A stretch of 13,726 nt of DNA from Acidimicrobiaceae bacterium (GTDB taxonomy: Bacteria; Actinomycetota; Acidimicrobiia; Acidimicrobiales; Bog-793). Position numbers and translations under genes: made by a program. The notes beneath the pieces were generated by a model. The model searched no databases. It saw only the letters and a list, made by a program, of their open reading frames with translations, and was not told where the DNA came from. Location of the stretch: the NCBI GenBank assembly GCA_027365385.1, contig DAHXNN010000202.1, positions 1 through 13,726 on the forward strand. Direction: 5' to 3'. This document shows positions 7,634 to 13,726 of the stretch, in pieces. The first letter of the stretch is position 1; every line of letters begins with the position of its first letter.

Positions 7634-10600
7634 ATGACGACGATGCACCACGACGAGCCGCCGGTCGGCGAACCGGGGTCGCGAGTGGACCGCTCGGGCC
7701 TCACCGAGGCGGCGCGCCTCGCGCTCGAGACGGCGCTCCGCGCGGTCGTCCGCGGAGAGATCCGCTTCGACGCCGCCACGCGCGCCGTCTACGCCGCCGA
7801 CTCGTCGAACTATCGCCAGGTCCCACTCGGCGTCATCTTCCCTCGCGACACCGCGGATGTCGTCGCGGCCGTCGCGGTCTGCCGCGCGCACGACGCACCG
7901 GTGCTCGGCCGGGGCACGGGAACGAGCCTTGCCGGCCAGGGCTGCAACGTCGCGGTCGTCTTCGACTTCTCCCGTCACATGAACCGGGTCCTCGCGATCG
8001 ACCCAGTCGGGCGCACCGCCAGGGTCCAGCCGGGCGTCGTCCTCGACGACCTCCAGGCGGAGATCGCCCGGGCTGGGCACCTCGCCTTCGGGCCGGACCC
8101 TGCCACGCACGCCTGGTGCACCGTCGGCGGGATGATCGGCAACAACTCCTGTGGCACCCATGCGCTCTACGCGGGGAAGACGGTCGACAACGTCGAGTCG
8201 CTGCGCGTCGTCACCTACGACGGGCTCGAGCTCGAGGTCGGTGCCGGCGGCGGGATCTCCCTCCAGGACGGGGCAGGCAGCTCGGAGGGCGCTGACGATT
8301 CTGACGGCGGTGCCAGCGCCGCCGCGGGGCTCGAGCGGATCCTGCTCGGTCTCCGCGGCCTCGCGGAGCGCTACGGGCCACTGGTACGCGAGCGATTCCC
8401 CGACGTGCCGCGCCGGGTCAGCGGCTACAACCTCGACCAGCTGCTCCCGGAGAACGGCATGCACGTCGCGCGCGCTCTCGTGGGGACGGAGTCGACGTGC
8501 GTCCTCGTCACAGAGGCGACGCTCCGGCTGTCGGAGCGACCGGTCGAGCGGCGGCTGGTCGTGCTCGGCTACGCCGACATCTACCTGGCGGCCGACGCTG
8601 TGCCGTCGCTGCTCGAGCTCGGTCGCGCCCTCGCCTCCGCGCGGGGCATGGCCCACGCTCTGCTCGGCCTCGAGGGCTTCGACGACACCCTCACCCGCCA
8701 GATGCGCAAGGCCGGCCTCAACACAGAGGCACTCGACCTGCTCCCGCCCGGCCGGGGTTGGCTTCTTGCCGAGATCGGTGCCGAGGACCGGTCGCGTGCG
8801 GACGATCTCGCCGGCGCGTTCGTTGCGAGCTTGCCCGCCGACGTCGCCTGGCGGCGCTTCGACGACCCGGCCGGGCAGCGCCGGGTCTGGTCGGTGCGGG
8901 AGTCCGGCCTCGGCGCGACAGCCCGGCCGCCTGGCGAGCCGCCCAACCACGAAGGTTGGGAGGACGCGGCTGTCGCCCCGGACCAGCTCGGTGGCTACCT
9001 GCGCGCGATCACCGAGCTGTGGGCAGAGTACGGGTACTCGGGCGCGTGGTACGGGCACTTCGGTCAGGGCTGCGTCCACACCCGCAACAACTTCGAGCTC
9101 GGTACCGTGGAGGGGCTCGCGCGCTACCGCTCCTACCTCGAGCGCGCCGCTGACGTCTGCGTCGCGTTCGGCGGCTCGCTGTCCGGCGAGCACGGCGACG
9201 GCCAGGGCAGGGGCGAGCTGCTCGTGAAGATGTTCGGCGACGAGCTGGTGGGTGCATTCCGTGAGTTCAAGGCGGTCTTCGACCCGCGGGGACGGATGAA
9301 CCCGGGCAAGGTCGTCGATCCGTTCCCCCTCGACACGAACTTGAAGCACGGGCCGGACCACCACACCTCGGCGCTCGGCCCGCTCTTCTACTCCTTCGCG
9401 GAGGACGGCGGCTCGCTCCAGGCGGCCGTGGACCGCTGTGTCGGGGTAGGGAGGTGCCGCCGCGACGACATCGACGTCATGTGCCCCTCTTACCGGGTCA
9501 CCCGCGACGAGCGCCACTCGACACGCGGGAGGGCGCGCCTTTTCGTCGAGATGCTGCAGGGCGAGGTCGTCGCAGAGAGCTGGCGCAGCGACGACGTCCG
9601 GGAGGCTCTGGACCTCTGCCTCGGCTGCAAAGGCTGCGCAGTCGACTGCCCGACCCATGTCGACATGGCGACGTACAAGTCCGAGTTCCTCGCCCACTAC
9701 TACGAGGGCCGGCGGCGGCCGCGCGTCGACCGCGCGCTCGGCGCGCTCCCCCGGCTCGCGCGGGTCGCGTCGCGCTTCCCGCGCACGGCGAACCTGTTGT
9801 CGGGGGAGAACGCCGTCGGCCGCACGGGCCGGCGGATGGCCGGCGTCACGACGACCCGTCCGGCCCCCCGGTTCGCGCTCGACCCGTTCCGGCGGGCGAC
9901 GACGGCCCGGCGGGCGGCAAGGGGGGTCCCAGTCGGTGAGGTGACCGTCGTCGTCTGGCCCGACACGTTCACGAACGCCTTCCGGCCGGGGATCCTGCAC
10001 GACACGGTCGCGGTGCTCGAAGCCGGCGGCGAGAGCGTCGTCGTGCCGCGCGAATGGGCATGCTGCGGCAGGACCCTCTACGACAGCGGGATGCTCACCG
10101 AGGCGCGCACGACCCTGCGGCGCCTTCTAGACGTCCTCACCCCCTACGTCGACGCCGGGCTCGCCGTCGTCGTCCCCGAGCCGAGCTGCCTCGCGGCCTT
10201 CCGTGACGAGCTGCCGAAGCTCCTCGCGGCCGACCCGCGGGCCCCGCGCCTTGCCGGAGCTGCACGCAGCCTCTCCGAGCACCTGCTCGCCTCCGGCGCT
10301 CTCGAGACCCTCGTGCGCTCGGCGCCCCCGTCGCCTCCAGTCGCGCAGACGGTGCTCGTCCAGCCCCACTGCCACGGTCGAGCGATCGGCACGCCGAAGG
10401 CAGACCGAGAGGTGCTCCAGCAGATGGGCTTCGACGCCCGGCTGCTCGATGCCGGTTGCTGCGGTCTGGCTGGTGCGTTCGGCTACAAGGCCGAGCACGA
10501 CGAGATCTCGCGACAGATCGCAGAGCAGTGGTGGCTCCCACGCCTCGCGGCGCAGGCGGGGGACGCGCCCGTCGTCGTCGACGGCTTCAGCTGCGCTGTC

Positions 10601-10711
10601 CAGCTCGAGCACCTCGACGCCGTGCGCCACGCGAGCTCGACGACGCTTGCCGCTCTGCTCGCGTCTCGCCTCGCACGCCACGACGCAAGTCCGGCGGAGG
10701 TCTCCCGGTAG
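7634..10711 (+). CDS. FAD-binding oxidase fused to 4Fe-4S and CCG cysteine-rich domains (YdiJ-like). It is a putative D-2-hydroxyacid (D-2-hydroxyglutarate) dehydrogenase.
   Basis: AGGAG lies 8 nt upstream of the ATG at 7634. The N-terminal FAD PCMH domain has the motif GRGTGTSLAGQ. The Cys motifs CPSYRVTRDERHSTRGRA, CLGCKGCAVDCP and GCCGLAGAFGYKAEHDE are collinear with E. coli YdiJ. The upstream in-frame extension to 7139 is unlikely to be translated because it overlaps the hrpA 3' end. Confidence 0.85.
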   Translation: MTTMHHDEPPVGEPGSRVDRSGLTEAARLALETALRAVVRGEIRFDAATRAVYAADSSNYRQVPLGVIFPRDTADVVAAVAVCRAHDAPVLGRGTGTSLAGQGCNVAVVFDFSRHMNRVLAIDPVGRTARVQPGVVLDDLQAEIARAGHLAFGPDPATHAWCTVGGMIGNNSCGTHALYAGKTVDNVESLRVVTYDGLELEVGAGGGISLQDGAGSSEGADDSDGGASAAAGLERILLGLRGLAERYGPLVRERFPDVPRRVSGYNLDQLLPENGMHVARALVGTESTCVLVTEATLRLSERPVERRLVVLGYADIYLAADAVPSLLELGRALASARGMAHALLGLEGFDDTLTRQMRKAGLNTEALDLLPPGRGWLLAEIGAEDRSRADDLAGAFVASLPADVAWRRFDDPAGQRRVWSVRESGLGATARPPGEPPNHEGWEDAAVAPDQLGGYLRAITELWAEYGYSGAWYGHFGQGCVHTRNNFELGTVEGLARYRSYLERAADVCVAFGGSLSGEHGDGQGRGELLVKMFGDELVGAFREFKAVFDPRGRMNPGKVVDPFPLDTNLKHGPDHHTSALGPLFYSFAEDGGSLQAAVDRCVGVGRCRRDDIDVMCPSYRVTRDERHSTRGRARLFVEMLQGEVVAESWRSDDVREALDLCLGCKGCAVDCPTHVDMATYKSEFLAHYYEGRRRPRVDRALGALPRLARVASRFPRTANLLSGENAVGRTGRRMAGVTTTRPAPRFALDPFRRATTARRAARGVPVGEVTVVVWPDTFTNAFRPGILHDTVAVLEAGGESVVVPREWACCGRTLYDSGMLTEARTTLRRLLDVLTPYVDAGLAVVVPEPSCLAAFRDELPKLLAADPRAPRLAGAARSLSEHLLASGALETLVRSAPPSPPVAQTVLVQPHCHGRAIGTPKADREVLQQMGFDARLLDAGCCGLAGAFGYKAEHDEISRQIAEQWWLPRLAAQAGDAPVVVDGFSCAVQLEHLDAVRHASSTTLAALLASRLARHDASPAEVSR

Positions 10712-10721
10712 ACTCGGAGCC

Positions 10722-11951
10722 ATGCCATTCGCTCCCGCCTCTGGTGCCGCGTCTCGCCCGCGTGCACTCCTCCTGGAGAACATCCATGTCGGCGCCGAGC
10801 AGCTCCTCGGCGATGCCGGGTGGGATGTCGCTCGACTTCCCCACGCGCTCGACGACGCGGCCATCGCGGAGCATGCGAGCTCGGTCGAGCTGCTCGGCAT
10901 CAGGTCGCAGTCCCAGCTCACCGCCGAGGTCCTCGGCCAGTTCCCCCGGCTCATCGCCGTCGGCGCCTTCTGCATCGGGACGAACCAGATCGACCTTGGT
11001 GCCGCGACGAAGCTCGGCGTCGCGGTGTTCAACGCACCGTTCTCCAACACCCGCAGCGTCGTCGAGCTCGCGATCGCGGAGATCATCGCCCTCACCCGCC
11101 GGCTCACCGACAAGAACGCCGCGATGCACGCAGGCATCTGGGACAAATCGGCGATCGGCAGCCACGAGGTACGCGGCCGCCGCCTCGGAATCGTCGGCTA
11201 CGGCAACATAGGCACGCAGCTGTCGGTCGTCGCCGAGAGCCTCGGGATGTCCGTCTCTTTCTACGACTCCGCGGACCGCCTCGCGCTCGGCAACGCACAG
11301 CGCTGCACGACCCTCGAGGAGCTGCTCGAGTCCGTCGACGTCGTCAGCCTCCACGTCGACGGCCGGCCCGACAACCGCAACTTCTTCGGAGAAGCCGAGT
11401 TCGCCCGCATGCGGCCGGGCTCCCTGCTGCTCAACTTGAGCCGTGGCTTCGTCGTCGACCACGACGCGCTACGCAAGAGCATCGAGTCCGGGCATCTCGC
11501 CGGTGCGGCGATCGACGTCTTCCCGACGGAGCCGTCCGGCAAGGGCGAGCCTTTCGTCTCCGGGCTGCGGGGCGCGAGCAACGTGATCCTCACGCCACAC
11601 GTCGGCGGGAGCACGGAGGAGGCCCAGGTCGACATCGGCCAGTTCGTCGCGCGCAAGCTCGTCGACTACTGCCGGGCGGGAACGACGTCGCTCTCGGTCA
11701 ACTTCCCCCACGTCGAGCTCGCCCAGCGGGCCGGCAGCCACACCTTCGTCCACGTCCACCACAACACGCCGGGCGTGCTCGCGACGATCAACGGCATCTT
11801 CGCGGACAACGCGATCAACATCGAGGGCCAGGCTCTCGGCACCAGGGGCGACCTCGGCTACGTCATCACCGACATCGCGAGCGACTACGACGAGGCGATG
11901 CTCGAGCGCCTCGCGAAGCTGGACGCGACGATCCGCATCCGGCGCCTCTGA
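10722..11951 (+). CDS. serA: D-3-phosphoglycerate dehydrogenase, E. coli-type with a C-terminal ACT domain
   Basis: Alignment runs end to end with E. coli SerA (CIGTNQIDL, NAPFSNTRSVVELAI, GIVGYGNIGTQL, HLAGAAIDVFPTEP, TPHVGGSTEEAQ and the ACT domain). The start lies 11 bp after the stop of the ydiJ-like gene. Confidence 0.9.
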   Translation: MPFAPASGAASRPRALLLENIHVGAEQLLGDAGWDVARLPHALDDAAIAEHASSVELLGIRSQSQLTAEVLGQFPRLIAVGAFCIGTNQIDLGAATKLGVAVFNAPFSNTRSVVELAIAEIIALTRRLTDKNAAMHAGIWDKSAIGSHEVRGRRLGIVGYGNIGTQLSVVAESLGMSVSFYDSADRLALGNAQRCTTLEELLESVDVVSLHVDGRPDNRNFFGEAEFARMRPGSLLLNLSRGFVVDHDALRKSIESGHLAGAAIDVFPTEPSGKGEPFVSGLRGASNVILTPHVGGSTEEAQVDIGQFVARKLVDYCRAGTTSLSVNFPHVELAQRAGSHTFVHVHHNTPGVLATINGIFADNAINIEGQALGTRGDLGYVITDIASDYDEAMLERLAKLDATIRIRRL

Positions 11952-12079
11952 ACCTCCGCGGCCACCCGGACCGTCGCGGGCAGCTGCTGTTCACCCCAGC
12001 CGTCACAACGGCACCCGCACTCTCCTGAGAACCGTGAGCACCACCCCTGACGACGCGGTCCCCCTGGCCCGGACGCGAC

Positions 12080-12116
12080 GAGCCCCTGGCCAAAAAATGC
12101 TCTGACCAGGGGCTCT
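12080..12116. terminator. 10-12 bp GC-rich hairpin (GAGCCCCTGG...CCAGGGGCTC) between serA and the tRNA fragment. It may be a U-tract-less bidirectional terminator.
   Basis: The inverted repeat was read directly. The A6/T6 run sits inside the loop and not after the stem, so it is not a canonical intrinsic terminator. Confidence 0.35.
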
Positions 12117-12118
12117 GC

Positions 12119-12168
12119 GGGTGGGCCGTACAGGACTTGAACCTGTGACCCCTTGCGTGTCATGCAAG
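12119..12168 (-). tRNA. Partial tRNA-Val(GAC)-like 3' segment (anticodon arm, variable loop, T arm, 3' acceptor strand) with no recognisable 5' half. It looks like an att-site remnant.
   Basis: The minus strand reads CTTGC-ATGACAC-GCAAG (anticodon stem-loop, anticodon GAC), GGGTC, ACAGG-TTCAAGT-CCTGT (T arm), ACGGCCC-A. The sequence where the D arm and 5' acceptor strand should be (GGGAGCGGTTCCGTCATCGAACAGGGCA) cannot pair with ACGGCCC. Confidence 0.45.
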
Positions 12169-12207
12169 TGCCCTGTTCGATGACGGAACCGCTCCCATAT
12201 GAAGAAT

Positions 12208-12240
12208 ACCAGGTCAGAAGATCTCTTCTACCTGGTCTTT
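12208..12240. terminator. Imperfect 13-bp hairpin (ACCAGGT/ACCTGGT outer, AGAAGA/TCTTCT inner) followed by CTTT, in a locally AT-richer stretch
   Basis: The inverted repeat was read directly. It lies between the end of the minus-strand pseudogene (12295) and the tRNA fragment. It could terminate transcription on either strand. Confidence 0.4.
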
Positions 12241-12294
12241 CGGCACCGATGGCCGCTGAGCAGGACTAATGTACGAATGGCCTGGTAAACAGCC

Positions 12295-13194
12295 TTAATA
12301 TGGACCAGCCGTGCCGCGCGATGTTGCTGGATGTTGCTGGAAGTCGGCCGGGTGTTGCTTCCAGTTTTGCTTCCCAAACACCTGTTCGCTCCTGTCGCCG
12401 ATTGCAGCAGGAGACGCGTGCGTGCGAGGTGCCACGCGCCGGTGATGCCGCCCGCGGTGCGCCCCCAGCACACCGACCGGCAGATCCTCGTCGAAGGGCA
12501 CGAACCACACCGACGCGTCGATGCTGGACCGCTCAATCCATCGGTCCGGTGCGAACCGCCGGTCGAGTAGCCCGAAGATCGCCGGGCCGAGGAGGTAGGC
12601 GTCGAGCACGACGCGCATCGACATGAAGCTGCTTGCGACCTGCTCAGAGCTCAACTCGACGTTGATCCGCCTGCCGTTGCGCGAGACAGAGTTGGCTACG
12701 AGCTCTCGGGCGTCACAGGCCAGGAAGTCCTCGGCCAGGTCGGTAAAGATCTGGACGAACTGCCACTGCACCGGCGTCGAGAGCTCTCAGCCCTCATCGG
12801 CTCGCCAAGCTTCGAACAGTGCCTCGGCGCAACCTGCCACGTGCTCCACAAACGTGACGTCCACATCCCCGACCACCTCGACGGCCAGCATCCCGATTCA
12901 GAAGTCCTCGGTGGCAAAGCGGGCCAAGCGCTCCGTGATCTGGCCGTGGGCGAGCGACGCCGCGAGTGGCACCGCATAGACCCGCAGCTCCCGGCCGAGG
13001 CACGCAGCGCAGTGCTCGAGCATCGCCCGACACGCCGGCACCATGAGGTCCGGCGGGCCTCCGCCTATCTCGAGCACCTGGCGTCGGCGGATCTGGGCAT
13101 CGCTAGAGGCCATGAGCATGAGGCCCCTCGCGTCACGGGACGCTCTCGGATCGAGTCCCCAGCCAGGTTTCTTCCATGACAGCCAAGACGACAC
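12295..13194 (-). pseudogene. Disrupted gene. Three same-frame coding segments are separated by two in-frame TGA codons (12898-12900 and 12787-12789). The N-terminal segment has a GxGxG-like motif (VLEIGGGPP), possibly of a SAM-dependent methyltransferase type, but the family is uncertain.
   Basis: All three segments share one minus-strand frame (...ATEDF*IGMLAVEVVGDVDVTFVEHVACGAAEALFEAWRADEG*ELSTPVQWQFVQIF...). GC3 is high in each. GC3 collapses over the last 40 codons or so, which suggests further decay. GC3 rises only from the ATG near 13122 (MLMASS...), so the real start is probably there and not at the GTG at 13194. Confidence 0.55.
12321..12342. repeat. Tandem 11-bp duplication GATGTTGCTGG x2, with TGTTGCT-like motifs continuing to about 12375
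   Basis: Read directly. It lies in the decayed 3' end of the pseudogene, where the minus strand reads FQQHPADFQQHPA. Confidence 0.7.
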
Positions 13195-13430
13195 CCATCG
13201 ATGTCGGGGATCGCCAGCACACCGCCGACCCCACCCCCCTCGCGGTCAACGTCGAGCGAGCTGCGCAGCTCGTCGGCGTGAACCGCACCACGGTCCACCG
13301 GCTCGTCGTCTCGGGCGAGCTGACGAGCTTTAGGATCGGCCGGGCGCGGCGGATCCGGGTCGCGGACATCGAGGCATGGATGGAACGCCGCGTCCAGGCA
13401 GACAGCGTCGCCCTGCGCAAGAGCTCCTGA
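13176..13430 (+). CDS. Excisionase-family (Xis/MerR-like) helix-turn-helix DNA-binding protein
   Basis: The segment VNVERAAQLVGVNRTTVHRLVVSGELTSFRIGRARRIRVADIEAWMERR is a classic excisionase-family HTH (helix, turn, recognition helix, then a beta-hairpin 'wing' with R-I-R). GC3 is high. It is divergent from the pseudogene. Confidence 0.7.
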   Translation: MTAKTTPIDVGDRQHTADPTPLAVNVERAAQLVGVNRTTVHRLVVSGELTSFRIGRARRIRVADIEAWMERRVQADSVALRKSS

Positions 13431-13539
13431 GCTCGCCTGGCTACGGCGCTGCGCCCGATGCGATGTTCCATCCGTGCAGCGGTCGGCCCGGATTCGAGAT
13501 GCTGCCAGCCGAGCTTCGAGATCAAAGCGCGGCCAGCCC

Positions 13540-13573
13540 CTACTGCACACACAAGGTCTCGTGTGTGCAGTAG
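13540..13573. repeat. Perfect 13-bp inverted repeat CTACTGCACACAC / GTGTGTGCAGTAG with an 8-nt loop
   Basis: Direct reading: revcomp(13561-13573) equals 13540-13552. It lies 110 bp downstream of the excisionase-family gene and has no U tract after it. Confidence 0.85.
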
Positions 13574-13726
13574 CCGTACGGAGTGGGCGGGCAGATCGAT
13601 GTCGCTATCCGCCGTGGATCAGCACCTGTCCAGCATCGCGCCCCGTCCGTCGGCGCTGAGAGCGAGCGTCGCGACGGCTGAGCCCAGCCTCATCAGGTGC
13701 CATCACTCGCAGGCCCAGCCACACTG

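Noticed and set aside
7628-10000. A 790-aa minus-strand ORF antisense to the ydiJ-like gene
   Set aside because: The reasoning is the same. The plus-strand frame carries the conserved FAD and Cys-cluster motifs. The antisense frame is low-complexity R/G/A/P.
12119-12205. A complete 76-nt tRNA at this locus
   Set aside because: I tried several registers. The sequence where the 5' acceptor strand and D arm should be cannot pair with the 3' acceptor strand ACGGCCC or form a D stem. Only the 3' part, about 47 nt, is tRNA-like. tRNAscan-SE should confirm this.
12787-12900. Reading the two in-frame TGA codons as selenocysteine or as programmed readthrough
   Set aside because: I saw no SECIS-like hairpin directly after either TGA. 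Selenoproteins are rare in high-GC actinobacteria. The 3' codon-bias decay points to a pseudogene. This is kept as a caveat in the finding.

Overview
This is a high-GC (about 70%) actinobacterial-type chromosomal segment. Reading from the start, the supportable genes are a 5'-partial GAF/ANTAR regulator overlapping a small acidic ORF (ATGGCTGA), then on the minus strand ribose-5-phosphate isomerase A, an SPFH/flotillin-family protein and a short NfeD-like protein. A 288-bp divergent intergenic region with two sets of direct repeats and a perfect palindrome follows. The plus strand then carries the DEAH-box helicase HrpA, a roughly 1025-aa YdiJ-like FAD-binding oxidase with (Fe-S)/CCG domains, and an ACT-domain D-3-phosphoglycerate dehydrogenase SerA. 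After serA the character changes: two hairpins, a roughly 47-nt tRNA-Val(GAC)-like 3' fragment with no recognisable 5' half, a locally AT-richer stretch, a minus-strand gene split by two in-frame TGA stops, an excisionase-family HTH gene and a perfect 13-bp inverted repeat. I interpret this tail as the edge of an integrated or decayed mobile element inserted at a tRNA-Val gene and running beyond the window. The long antisense ORFs inside hrpA, the ydiJ-like gene and the flotillin gene are high-GC artefacts. No CRISPR array, rRNA or intact tRNA was found.
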